Source: Eledone cirrhosa
Taxonomy: Eukaryota
Direction of reading: 5' to 3'
Length of the DNA: 64,000 nucleotides
Assembly: GCA_964016885.1 (NCBI GenBank)
Contig: OZ024759.1
Location: 1,674,001 to 1,738,000, forward strand
The translations under genes and the position numbers were made by a program. This document shows positions 14,901 to 30,800 of this stretch, one piece after another. The notes under the pieces were generated by a model, which saw only the letters and a program-made list of their open reading frames with translations, searched no databases and was not told the DNA's origin. Positions within the stretch are counted from its first letter, which is position 1; every line of letters begins with the position of its first letter.

Positions 14901-17900
14901 TAACATGACAAAGTCTATATTAGTAACATGACACAGTCTATATTACTAACATGACACAGTCTATATTAGTAACATGACACAGTCTATATTAGTAACATGA
15001 CAAAGTCTATATTAGTAACATGACAAAGTCTATATTAGTAACATGACAAAGTCTATAATAGTAACATGACACAGTCTATATTAGTAACATGACACCGTCT
15101 ATATTAGTAGCATGACACAGTCCATATTAGTAACATGACAAAGTCTATATTAGTAAAATGACAAAGTCTATATTAGTAACATGACAAAGTCTTTATTAGT
15201 AACATGACACAGTCTATATTAGTAACATGACACAGTCTATATTAGTAAGATGACAAAGTCTATATTAGTAACATGACAAAGTCTATATTAGTAACATGAC
15301 AAAGTCTATATTAGTAACATAACAAAGTCTATATTAGTAACATGACACAGTCTATATTAGTAACATGACACAGTCTAGATTAGTAACATGACACAGTCTA
15401 TATTAGTAACATGAGACAGTCTATATTAGTAGCATGACAAAGTCTATATTAGTAACATGACACAGTCTACATTAGTAACATGACAAAGTCTATATTAGTA
15501 ACATGACACAGTCTATATTAGTAACATGAGACAGTCTATATTAGTAACATGACACAGTCTATATTAGTAACATGACAGTCTATATTAGTAACATGACAAA
15601 GTCTATATTAGTAACATGACAAAGTCTATATTAGTAACATGACAAAGTCTATATTAGTAACATGACAAAGTCTATATTAGTAGCATGACACAGTATATAT
15701 TAGCAACATGACAAAGTCTATATTAGTAACATGACACAGTCTATATTAGTAACATGACACAGTCTATATTAGTAACATGACACAGTCTATATTATTAACA
15801 TGACAAAGTCTATATTAGTAACATGACACAGTCTATATTAGTAACATGAGACAGTCTATATTAGTAACATGACTAAGTCTATATTAGTAACATGACACAG
15901 TCTATATTAGTAACATGACACAGTCTATATTAGTAACATGACAAAGTCTATATTAGTTACATGACAAAGTCTATATTAGTAACATGACAAAGTCTATATT
16001 AGTAACATGACACAGTCTATATTAGTAACATGACGAAGTCTATATTAGTAACATGACACAGTCTATATTAGTAACATGACACAGTCTATATTAGTAACAT
16101 GAAAAAGTCTATATTAGTAACATGACAAAGTCTATATTAGTAACATGACAAAGTCTATATTAGTAACATGACAAAGTCTATATTAGTAGCATGACACAGT
16201 CTATATTAGCAACATGACAAAGTCTATATTAGTAACATGACACAGTCTATATTAGTAGCATGACAAAGTCTGTATTAGTAACATGACAAAGTCTATATTA
16301 GTAACATGACAAAGTCTATATTAGTAACATGACACAGTCTATATTAGTAACATGACAAAGTCTATATTAGTAGTATGACAAAGTCTATATTAGTAACATG
16401 ACAAAGTCTATATTAGTAACATGACAAAGTCTATATTAGTAACATGACAAAGTCTATATTAGTAACATGACAAAGTCGATATTAGTAACATGACAAAGTC
16501 TATATTAGTAACATGACACAGTATATATTAGTAACATGACAGTCTATATTAGTAACACTACAGTCTACATTAGTAACATGACACAGTCTATATTAGTAAC
16601 ATGACAAAGTCGATATTAGTAACATGACAATGTCTATATTAGTAACATGACAAAGTCTATATTAGTAACATGACACAGTCTATATTACTAACATGACACA
16701 GTCTATATTAGTAACATGACACAGTCTATATTAGTAACATGACAAAGTCTATATTAGTAACATGACAAAGTCTATATTAGTAACATGACAAAGTCTATAT
16801 TAGTAACATGACACAGTCTATATTAGTAACATGACACAGTCTATATTAGTAGCATGACACAGTCTATATTAGTAACATGATACAGTCTATATTAGTAACA
16901 TGACAAAGTCTATATTAGTAACATGACAAAGTCTATATTAGTAAAATGACAAAGTCTATATTAGTAACATGACAAAGTCTTTATTAGTAAGATGACACAG
17001 TCTATATTAGTAACATGACACAGTCTATATTAGTAACATGACAAAGTCTATATTAGTAACATGACAAAGTCTATATTAGTAACATGACACAGTCTATATT
17101 AGTAACATCACACAGTCTATATTAGTAACATGACAAAGTCTATATTAGTAACATGACAAAGTCTATATTAGTAACATGACACAGTCTATATTAGTAACAT
17201 GACACAGTCTATATTAGTAACATGACACAGTCTATATTAGTAACATGAGACAGTCTATATTAGTAGCATGACAAAGTCTATATTAGTAACATGACACAGT
17301 CTACATTAGTAACATGACAAAGTCTATATTAGTAACATGACACAGTCTATATTAGTAACATGACGAAGTCTATATTAGTAACATGACACAGTCTATATTA
17401 GTAACATGACACAGTCCATATTAGTAACATGAAAAAGTCTATATTAGTAACATGACAAAGTCTATATTAGTAACATGACAAAGTCTATATTAGTAACATG
17501 ACAAAGTCTATATTAGTAGCATGACAAGTCTATATTAGCAACATGACAAAGTCTATATTAGTAACATGACACAGTCTATATTAGTAACATGACACAGTCT
17601 ATATTAGTAACATGACACAGTCTATATTAGTAACATGACAAAGTCTACATTAGTAACATGACAAAGTCTATATTAGTAACATGACAAGGTCTGTATTAGT
17701 AACATGACACAGTCTATATTAGTAGCATGACACAGTCTATATTAGTAACATGATACAGTCTATATTAGTAACATGACAAAGTCTATATTAGTAACATGAC
17801 AAAGTCTATATTAGTAAAATGACAAAGTCTATATTAGTAACATGACAAAGTCTTTATTAGTAACATGACACAGTCTATATTAGTAACATGACACAGTCTA

Positions 17901-20900
17901 TATTAGTAACATGACAAAGTCTATATTAGTAACATGACAAAGTCTATATTAGTAACATGACAAAGTCTATATTAGTAGCATGACAATGTCTGTATTTGTA
18001 ACATGACAAAGTCTATATTAGTAACATGACAAAGTCTGTATTAGTAACATGACAAAGTCTATATTAGTAACATGACACAGTCTATATTAGTAACATGACA
18101 AAGTCTATATTAGTAGCATGACAAAGTCTATATTAGTAACATGACAAAGTCTATATTAGTAACATGACAAAGTCTATATTAGTAACATGACAAAGTCTAT
18201 ATTAGTAACATGACAAAGTCTATATTAGTAACATGACAAAGTCTATATTAGTAACATGACACAGTCTATATTAGTAACATGACAGTCTATATTAGTAACA
18301 TGACAGTCTACATTAGTAACATGACACAGTCTATATTAGTAACATGACAAAGTCGATATTAGTAACATGACAATGTCTATATTAGTAACATGACAAAGTC
18401 TATATTAGTAACATGACACAGTCTATATTACTAACATGACTCAGTCTATATTAGTAACATGACACAGTCTATATTAGTAACATGACAAAGTCTATATTAG
18501 TAACATGACAAAGTCTATATTAGTAACATGACAAAGTCTATATTAGTAACATGACACAGTCTATATTAGTAACATGACACCGTCTATATTAGTAGCATGA
18601 CACAGTCCATATTAGTAACATGACAAAGTCTATATTAGTAAAATGACAAAGTCTATATTAGTAACATGACAAAGTCTTTATTAGTAACATGACACAGTCT
18701 ATATTAGTAACATGACACAGTCTATATTAGTAACATGACAAAGTCTATATTAGTAACATGACAAAGTCTATATTAGTAACATGACAAAGTCTATATTAGT
18801 AACATAACAAAGTCTATATTAGTAACATGACACAGTCTATATTAGTAACATGACACAGTCTAGATTAGTAACATGACACAGTCTATATTAGTAACATGAG
18901 ACAGTCTATATTAGTAGCATGACAAAGTCTATATTAGTAACATGACACAGTCTACATTAGTAACATGACAAAGTCTATATTAGTAACATGACACAGTCTA
19001 TATTAGTAACATGAGACAGTCTATATTAGTAACATGACAAAGTCTATATTAGTAACATGACACAGTCTATATTAGTAACATGACAAAGTCTATATTAGTA
19101 ACATGACAAAGTCTATATTAGTAACATGACAAAGTCTATATTAGTAACATGACAAAGTCTATATTAGTAGCATGACACAGTATATATTAGCAACATGACA
19201 AAGTCTATATTAGTAACATGACACAGTCTATATTAGTAACATGACACAGTCTATATTAGTAACATGACACAGTCTATATTATTAACATGACAAAGTCTAT
19301 ATTAGTAACATGACACAGTCTATATTAGTAACATGAGACAGTCTATATTAGTAACATGACTAAGTCTATATTAGTAACATGACACAGTCTATATTAGTAA
19401 CATGACACAGTCTATATTAGTAACATGACAAAGTCTATATTAGTTACATGACAAAGTCTATATTAGTAACATGACAAAGTCTATATTAGTAACATGACAC
19501 AGTCTATATTAGTAACATGACGAAGTCTATATTAGTAACATGACACAGTCTATATTAGTAACATGACACAGTCTATATTAGTAACATGACACAGTCTATA
19601 TTAGTAACATGACACAGTCTATATTAGTAACATGACAAAGTCTATATTAGTAACATGACAAAGTCTATATTAGTAACATGACAAAGTCTATATTAGTAAC
19701 ATGACACAGTCTATATTAGTAACATGACACAGTCTATATTAGTAACATGACAAAGTCTATATTAGTAACATGACAAAGTCTATATTAGTAACATGACAAA
19801 GTCTATATTAGTAACATGACAAAGTCTATATTAGTAGCATGACACAGTCTATATTAGCAACATGACAAAGTCTATATTAGTAACATGACACAGTCTATAT
19901 TAGTAGCATGACAAAGTCTGTATTAGTAACATGACAAAGTCTATATTAATAACATGACAAAGTCTATATTAGTAACATGACAAAGTCTATATTAGTAACA
20001 TGACACAGTCTATATTAGTAACATGACAAAGTCTATATTAGTAGTATGACAAAGTCTATATTAGTAACATGACAAAGTCTATATTAGTAACATGACAAAG
20101 TCTATATTAGTAACATGACAAAGTCTATATTAGTAACATGACAAAGTCGATATTAGTAACATGACAAAGTCTATATTAGTAACATGACACAGTATATATT
20201 AGTAACATGACAGTCTATATTAGTAACATGACAGTCTACATTAGTAACATGACACAGTCTATATTAGTAACATGACAAAGTCGATATTAGTAACATGACA
20301 ATGTCTATATTAGTAACATGACAAAGTCTATATTAGTAACATGACACAGTCTATATTACTAACATGACACAGTCTATATTAGTAACATGACACAGTCTAT
20401 ATTAGTAACATGACAAAGTCTATATTAGTAACATGACAAAGTCTATATTAGTAACATGACAAAGTCTATATTAGTAACATGACACAGTCTATATTAGTAA
20501 CATGACACAGTCTATATTAGTAGCATGACACAGTCTATATTAGTAACATGATACAGTCTATATTAGTAACATGACAAAGTCTATATTAGTAACATGACAA
20601 AGTCTATATTAGTAAAATGACAAAGTCTATATTAGTAACATGACAAAGTCTTTATTAGTAAGATGACACAGTCTATATTAGTAACATGACACAGTCTATA
20701 TTAGTAACATGACAAAGTCTATATTAGTAACATGACAAAGTCTATATTAGTAACATGACACAGTCTATATTAGTAACATCACACAGTCTATATTAGTAAC
20801 ATGACAAAGTCTATATTAGTAACATGACAAAGTCTATATTAGTAACATGACACAGTCTATATTAGTAACATGACACAGTCTATATTAGTAACATGACACA

Positions 20901-23436
20901 GTCTATATTAGTAACATGAGACAGTCTATATTAGTAGCATGACAAAGTCTATATTAGTAACATGACACAGTCTACATTAGTAACATGACAAAGTCTATAT
21001 TAGTAACATGACACAGTCTATATTAGTAACATGACGAAGTCTATATTAGTAACATGACACAGTCTATATTAGTAACATGACACAGTCTATATTAGTAACA
21101 TGAAAAAGTCTATATTAGTAACATGACAAAGTCTATATTAGTAACATGACAAAGTCTATATTAGTAACATGACAAAGTCTATATTAGTAGCATGACAAGT
21201 CTATATTAGCAACATGACAAAGTCTATATTAGTAACATGACACAGTCTATATTAGTAACATGACACAGTCTATATTAGTAACATGACACAGTCTATATTA
21301 GTAACATGACAAAGTCTACATTAGTAACATGACAAAGTCTATATTAGTAACATGACAAGGTCTGTATTAGTAACATGACACAGTCTATATTAGTAGCATG
21401 ACACAGTCTATATTAGTAACATGATACAGTCTATATTAGTAACATGACAAAGTCTATATTAGTAACATGACAAAGTCTATATTAGTAAAATGACAAAGTC
21501 TATATTAGTAACATGACAAAGTCTTTATTAGTAACATGACACAGTCTATATTAGTAACATGACACAGTCTATATTAGTAACATGACAAAGTCTATATTAG
21601 TAACATGACAAAGTCTATATTAGTAACATGACAAAGTCTATATTAGTAGCATGACAATGTCTGTATTTGTAACATGACAAAGTCTATATTAGTAACATGA
21701 CAAAGTCTGTATTAGTAACATGACAAAGTCTATATTAGTAACATGACACAGTCTATATTAGTAACATGACAAAGTCTATATTAGTAGCATGACAAAGTCT
21801 ATATTAGTAACATGACAAAGTCTATATTAGTAACATGACAAAGTCTATATTAGTAACATGACAAAGTCTATATTAGTAACATGACAAAGTCTATATTAGT
21901 AACATGACAAAGTCTATATTAGTAACATGACAAAGTCTATATTAGTAACATGACACAGTCTATATTAGTAACATGACAGTCTATATTAGTAACATGACAG
22001 TCTACATTAGTAACATGACACAGTCTATATTAGTAACATGACAAAGTCGATATTAGTAACATGACAATGTCTATATTAGTAACATGACAAAGTCTATATT
22101 AGTAACATGACACAGTCTATATTACTAACATGACACAGTCTATATTAGTAACATGACACAGTCTATATTAGTAACATGACAAAGTCTATATTAGTAACAT
22201 GACAAAGTCTATATTAGTAACATGACAAAGTCTATAATAGTAACATGACACAGTCTATATTAGTAACATGACACCGTCTATATTAGTAGCATGACACAGT
22301 CCATATTAGTAACATGACAAAGTCTATATTAGTAAAATGACAAAGTCTATATTAGTAACATGACAAAGTCTTTATTAGTAACATGACACAGTCTATATTA
22401 GTAACATGACACAGTCTATATTAGTAAGATGACAAAGTCTATATTAGTAACATGACAAAGTCTATATTAGTAACATGACAAAGTCTATATTAGTAACATA
22501 ACAAAGTCTATATTAGTAACATGACACAGTCTATATTAGTAACATGACACAGTCTAGATTAGTAACATGACACAGTCTATATTAGTAACATGAGACAGTC
22601 TATATTAGTAGCATGACAAAGTCTATATTAGTAACATGACACAGTCTACATTAGTAACATGACAAAGTCTATATTAGTAACATGACACAGTCTATATTAG
22701 TAACATGAGACAGTCTATATTAGTAACATGACACAGTCTATATTAGTAACATGACAGTCTATATTAGTAACATGACAAAGTCTATATTAGTAACATGACA
22801 AAGTCTATATTAGTAACATGACAAAGTCTATATTAGTAACATGACAAAGTCTATATTAGTAGCATGACACAGTATATATTAGCAACATGACAAAGTCTAT
22901 ATTAGTAACATGACACAGTCTATATTAGTAACATGACACAGTCTATATTAGTAACATGACACAGTCTATATTATTAACATGACAAAGTCTATATTAGTAA
23001 CATGACACAGTCTATATTAGTAACATGAGACAGTCTATATTAGTAACATGACTAAGTCTATATTAGTAACATGACACAGTCTATATTAGTAACATGACAC
23101 AGTCTATATTAGTAACATGACAAAGTCTATATTAGTTACATGACAAAGTCTATATTAGTAACATGACAAAGTCTATATTAGTAACATGACACAGTCTATA
23201 TTAGTAACATGACGAAGTCTATATTAGTAACATGACACAGTCTATATTAGTAACATGACACAGTCTATATTAGTAACATGAAAAAGTCTATATTAGTAAC
23301 ATGACAAAGTCTATATTAGTAACATGACAAAGTCTATATTAGTAACATGACAAAGTCTATATTAGTAGCATGACACAGTCTATATTAGCAACATGACAAA
23401 GTCTATATTAGTAACATGACACAGTCTATATTAGTA
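8925..23436. repeat. Near-perfect tandem duplication with a 7,179-bp period (313 monomers)
   Basis: Marker pairs at a constant 7179 offset: AACACTACAG 9380/16559, CATCAC 9930/17109 and 13601/20780, GACTCAG 11262/18441, TATTAAT 12770/19949, TCTATAATAG 15052/22231, TAAGATGACAAAG 15249/22428. 313x23 minus 20 nt from short monomers equals 7179. Confidence 0.92.
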
Positions 23437-26400
23437 ACATGACACAGTCTATATTAGTAACATGACACAGTCTATATTAGTAACATGACAAAGTCTACAT
23501 TAGTAACATGACTAAGTCTATATTAGTAACATGACAAGGTCTATATTAGTAACATGACACAGTCTATATTAGTAGCATGACACAGTCTATATTAGTAACA
23601 TGATACAGTCTATATTAGTACCATGACAAAGTCTATATTAGTAACATGACACAGTCTATATCAGTAACATGACAGTCTATATTAGTAGCATGAAAGTCTA
23701 CATTAGTAACATGACACAGTCTATATTAGTAACATGACAAAGTCGATATTAGTAACATGACAATGTCTATATTAGTAACATGACAAAGTCTATATTAGTA
23801 ACATGACACAGTCTATATTACTAACATGACACAGTCTATATTAGTAACATGACAAAGTCTATATTAGTAACATGACAAAGTCTATATTAGTAACATGACA
23901 CAGTCTATATTAGTAACATGATACAGTCTATATTAGTAACATGACAAAGTCTATATTAGTAATATGACAAAGTCTATCTAAGTAAAATGACAAAGTCTAT
24001 ATTAGTAACATGACAAAGTCTTTATTAGTAACATGACACAGTCTATATTAGTAACATGACACAGTCTATATTAGTAACATGACAAAGTCTATATTAGTAA
24101 CATGACAAAGTCTATATTAGTAACATGACACAGTCTATATTAGTAACATGACACAGTCTATATTAGTAACATGACAAAGTCTATATTAGTAACATGACAA
24201 AGTCTATATTAGTAACATGACAGAGTCTATATTAGTAACATGACACAGTCTATATTAGTAACATGACACAGTCTAGATTAGTAACATGACACAGTCTATA
24301 TTAGTAACATGAGACAGTCTATATTAGTAGCATGACAAAGTCTATATTAGTAACATGACACAGTCTACATTAGTAACATGACAAAGTCTATATTAGTAAC
24401 ATGACACAGTCTATATTAGTAACATGAGACAGTCTATATTAGTAACATGACACAGTCTATATTAGTAACATGACAAAGTCTATATTAGTAACATGACAAA
24501 GTCTATATTAGTAACATGACAAAGTCTATATTAGTAACATGACAAAGTCTATATTAGTAACATGACACAGTCTATATTAGTAACATGACAGTCTATATTA
24601 GTAACATGACAGTCTACATTAGTAACATGACACAGTCTATATTAGTAACATGACAAGGTCTGTATTAGTAACATGACACAGTCTATATTAGTAGCATGAC
24701 ACAGTCTATATTAGTAACATGATACAGTCTATATTAGTAACATGACAAAGTCTATATTAGTAACATGACAAAGTCTATATTAGTAAAATGACAAAGTCTA
24801 TATTAGTAACATGACAAAGTCTTTATTAGTAACATGACACAGTCTATATTAGTAACATGACACAGTCTATATTAGTAACATGACAAAGTCTATATTAGTA
24901 ACATGACAAAGTCTATATTAGTAACATGACAAAGTCTATATTAGTAGCATGACAAAGTCTGTATTTGTAACATGACAAAGTCTATATTAGTAACATGACA
25001 AAGTCTGTATTAGTAACATGACAAAGTCTATATTAGTAACATGACACAGTCTATATTAGTAACATGACAAAGTCTATATTAGTAGCATGACAAAGTCTAT
25101 ATTAGTAACATGACAAAGTCTATATTAGTAACATGACAAAGTCTATATTAGTAAAATGACAAAGTCTATATTAGTAACATGACAAAGTCTTTATTTGTAA
25201 CATGACACAGTCTATATTAGTAACATGACACAGTCTATATTAGTAACATGACAAAGTCTTTATTAGTAACATGACACAGTCTATATTAGTAACATGACAA
25301 AGTCTATATTAGTAACATGACAAAGTCTATATTAGTAACATGACAAAGTCTATATTAGTAGCATGACAAAGTCTATATTAGTAAAATGACAAAGTCTATA
25401 TTAGTAACATGACACAGTCTATATTAGTAACATGAGACAGTCTATATTAGTAACATGACTAAGTCTATATTAGTAACATGACACAGTCTATATTAGTAAC
25501 ATGACACAGTCTATATTAGTAACATGACAAAGTCTATATTAGTTACATGACAAAGTCTATATTAGTAACATGACAAAGTCTATATTAGTAACATGACACA
25601 GTCTATATTAGTAACATGACGAAGTCTATATTAGTAACATGACACAGTCTATATTAGTAACATGACACAGTCTATATTAGTAACATGAAAAAGTCTATAT
25701 TAGTAACATGACAAAGTCTATATTAGTAACATGACAAAGTCTATATTAGTAACATGACAAAGTCTATATTAGTAGCATGACACAGTCTATATTAGCAACA
25801 TGACACAGTCTATATTAGTAACATGACACAGTCTATATTAGTAACATGACACAGTCTATATTAGTAACATGACACAGTCTATATTAGTAACATGACAAAG
25901 TCTACATTAGTAACATGACTAAGTCTATATTAGTAACATGACAAGGTCTATATTAGTAACATGACACAGTCTATATTAGTAGCATGACACAGTCTATATT
26001 AGTAACATGATACAGTCTATATTAGTACCATGACAAAGTCTATATTAGTAACATGACACAGTCTATATTAGTAACATGACAGTCTATATTAGTAGCATGA
26101 AAGTCTACATTAGTAACATGACACAGTCTATATTAGTAACATGACAAAGTCGATATTAGTAACATGACAATGTCTATATTAGTAACATGACAAAGTCTAT
26201 ATTAGTAACATGACACAGTCTATATTACTAACATGACACAGTCTATATTAGTAACATGACAAAGTCTATATTAGTAACATGACAAAGTCTATATTAGTAA
26301 CATGACACAGTCTATATTAGTAACATGACACAGTCTATATTAGTAGCATGACACAGTCTATATTAGTAACATGATACAGTCTATATTAGTAACATGACAA

Positions 26401-27800
26401 AGTTTATATTAGTAATATGACAAAGTCTATCTAAGTAAAATGACAAAGTCTATATTAGTAACATGACAAAGTCTTTATTAGTAACATGACACAGTCTATA
26501 TTAGTAACATGACACAGTCTATATTAGTAACATGACAAAGTCTATATTAGTAACATGACAAAGTCTATATTAGTAACATGACACAGTCTATATTAGTAAC
26601 ATGACACAGTCTATATTAGTAACATGACAAAGTCTATATTAGTAACATGACAAAGTCTATATTAGTAACATGACAGAGTCTATATTAGTAACATGACACA
26701 GTCTATATTAGTAACATGACACAGTCTAGATTAGTAACATGACACAGTCTATATTAGTAACATGAGACAGTCTATATTAGTAGCATGACAAAGTCTATAT
26801 TAGTAACATGACACAGTCTACATTAGTAACATGACAAAGTCTATATTAGTAACATGACACAGTCTATATTAGTAACATGAGACAGTCTATATTAGTAACA
26901 TGACACAGTCTATATTAGTAACATGACAAAGTCTATATTAGTAACATGACAAAGTCTATATTAGTAACATGACAAAGTCTATATTAGTAACATGACAAAG
27001 TCTATATTAATAACATGACACAGTCTATATTAGTAACATGACAGTCTATATTAGTAACATGACAGTCTACATTAGTAACATGACACAGTCTATATTAGTA
27101 ACATGACAAGGTCTGTATTAGTAACATGACACAGTCTATATTAGTAGCATGACACAGTCTATATTAGTAACATGATACAGTCTATATTAGTAACATGACA
27201 AAGTCTATATTAGTAACATGACAAAGTCTATATTAGTAAAATGACAAAGTCTATATTAGTAACATGACAAAGTCTTTATTAGTAACATGACACAGTCTAT
27301 ATTAGTAACATGACACAGTCTATATTAGTAACATGACAAAGTCTATATTAGTAACATGACAAAGTCTATATTAGTAACATGACAAAGTCTATATTAGTAG
27401 CATGACAAAGTCTGTATTTGTAACATGACAAAGTCTATATTAGTAACATGACAAAGTCTGTATTAGTAACATGACAAAGTCTATATTAGTAACATGACAC
27501 AGTCTATATTAGTAACATGACAAAGTCTATATTAGTAGCATGACAAAGTCTATATTAGTAACATGACAAAGTCTATATTAGTAACATGACAAAGTCTATA
27601 TTAGTAAAATGACAAAGTCTATATTAGTAACATGACAAAGTCTTTATTTGTAACATGACACAGTCTATATTAGTAACATGACACAGTCTATATTAGTAAC
27701 ATGACAAAGTCTGTATTAGTAACATGACACAGTCTATATTAGTAACATGACAAAGTCTATATTAGTAACATGACAAAGTCTATATTAGTAACATGACAAA
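22990..27800. repeat. Tandem duplication of about 2.41-2.45 kb nested in the 12.75-kb unit (first instance)
   Basis: TACCATG 23621/26028 (2407) and TATCTAAG 23978/26431 (2453, which is 107x23-8). Boundaries are approximate. Confidence 0.8.
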
Positions 27801-30800
27801 GTCTATATTAGTAGCATGACAAAGTCTGTATTAGTAACATGACAAAGTCTATATTAGTAACATGACAAAGTCTATATTAGTAACATGACAAAGTTTATAT
27901 TAGTAACATGACAAAGTCTATATTAGTAGCATGACAAAGTCTATATTAGTAACATGACAAAGTCTATATTAGTAGCATGACAAAGTCTATATTAGTAACA
28001 TGACAAAGTCTATATTAGTAACATGACAAAGTCTATATTAGTAACATGACAACGTCTATATTAGTAACATGACAAAGTCTATATTAGTAACATGACAAAG
28101 TCTATATTAGTAACATGACACAGTCTATATTAGTAACATGACAGTCTATATTATTAACATGACAGTCTACATTAGTAACATGACACAGTCTATATTAGTA
28201 ACATGACAAAGTCGATATTAGTAACATGACAATGTCTATATTAGTAACATGACAAAGTCTATATTAGTAATATGACAAAGTCTATATTAGTAAAATGACA
28301 AAGTCTATATTAGTAACATGACAAAGTCTTTATTAGTAACATGACACAGTCTATATTAGTAACATGACACAGTCTATATTAGTAACATGACAAAGTCTAT
28401 ATTAGTAACATGACAAAGTCTATATTAGTAACATGACACAGTCTATATTAGTAACATGACACAGTCTATATTAGTAACATGACAAAGTCTATATTAGTAA
28501 CATGACAAAGTCTATATTAGTAACATGACACAGTCTATATTAGTAACATGACACAGTCTATATTAGTAACATGAGACAGTCTATATTAGTAGCATGACAA
28601 AGTCTATATTAGTAACATGACACAGTCTACATTAGTAACATGAAAAAGTCTATATTAGTAACATGACACAGTCTATATTAGTAACATGAGACAGTCTATA
28701 TTAGTAACATGACAAAGTCTATATTAGTAACATGACACAGTCTATATTAGTAACATGACACAGTCTATATTAGTAACATGACAAAGTCTATATTAGTAAC
28801 ATGACAAAGTCTATATTAGTAACATGACAAAGTCTATATTAGTAACATGACACAGTCTATATTAGTAACATGACACAGTCTATATTAGGAACATGACAAA
28901 GTCTATATTAGTAACATGACAAAGTCTATATTAGTAACATGACAAAGTCTATATTAGTAACATGACAAAGTCTATATTAGTAGCATGACACAGTCTATAT
29001 TAGCAACATGACAAAGTCTATATTAGTAACATGACACAGTCTATATTAGTAGCATGACAAAGTCTGTATTAGTAACATGACAAAGTCTATATTAGTAACA
29101 TGACAAAGTCTATATTAGTAACATGACACAGTCTATATTAGTAACATGACAAAGTCTATATTAGTAGTATGACAAAGTCTATATTAGTAACATGACAAAG
29201 TCTATATTAGTAACATGACAAAGTCTATATTAGTAACATGACAAAGTCTATATTAGTAACATGACAAAGTCGATATTAGTAACATGACAAAGTCTATATT
29301 AGTAACATGACACAGTATATATTAGTAACATGACAGTCTATATTAGTAACATGACAGTCTACATTAGTAACATGACACAGTCTATATTAGTAACATGACA
29401 AAGTCGATATTAGTAACATGACAATGTCTATATTAGTAACATGACAAAGTCTATATTAGTAACATGACACAGTCTATATTACTAACATGACACAGTCTAT
29501 ATTAGTAACATGACACAGTCTATATTAGTAACATGACAAAGTCTATATTAGTAACATGACAAAGTCTATATTAGTAACATGACAAAGTCTATATTAGTAA
29601 CATGACACAGTCTATATTAGTAACATGACACAGTCTATATTAGTAGCATGACACAGTCTATATTAGTAACATGATACAGTCTATATTAGTAACATGACAA
29701 AGTCTATATTAGTAACATGACAAAGTCTATATTAGTAAAATGACAAAGTCTATATTAGTAACATGACAAAGTCGTTATTAGTAAGATGACACAGTCTATA
29801 TTAGTAACATGACACAGTCTATATTAGTAACATGACAAAGTCTATATTAGTAACATGACAAAGTCTATATTAGTAACATGACACAGTCTATATTAGTAAC
29901 ATCACACAGTCTATATTAGTAACATGACAAAGTCTATATTAGTAACATGACAAAGTCTATATTAGTAACATGACACAGTCTATATTAGTAACATGACACA
30001 GTCTATATTAGTAACATGACACAGTCTATATTAGTAACATGAGACAGTCTATATTAGTAGCATGACAAAGTCTATATTAGTAACATGACACAGTCTACAT
30101 TAGTAACATGACAAAGTCTATATTAGTAACATGACACAGTCTATATTAGTAACATGACGAAGTCTATATTAGTAACATGACACAGTCTATATTAGTAACA
30201 TGACACAGTCTATATTAGTAACATGAAAAAGTCTATATTAGTAACATGACAAAGTCTATATTAGTAACATGACAAAGTCTATATTAGTAACATGACAAAG
30301 TCTATATTAGTAGCATGACAAGTCTATATTAGCAACATGACAAAGTCTATATTAGTAACATGACACAGTCTATATTAGTAACATGACACAGTCTATATTA
30401 GTAACATGACACAGTCTATATTAGTAACATGACAAAGTCTACATTAGTAACATGACAAAGTCTATATTAGTAACATGACAAGGTCTGTATTAGTAACATG
30501 ACACAGTCTATATTAGTAGCATGACACAGTCTATATTAGTAACATGATACAGTCTATATTAGTAACATGACAAAGTCTATATTAGTAACATGACAAAGTC
30601 TATATTAGTAAAATGACAAAGTCTATATTAGTAACATGACAAAGTCTTTATTAGTAACATGACACAGTCTATATTAGTAACATGACACAGTCTATATTAG
30701 TAACATGACAAAGTCTATATTAGTAACATGACAAAGTCTATATTAGTAACATGACAAAGTCTATATTAGTAGCATGACAATGTCTGTATTTGTAACATGA

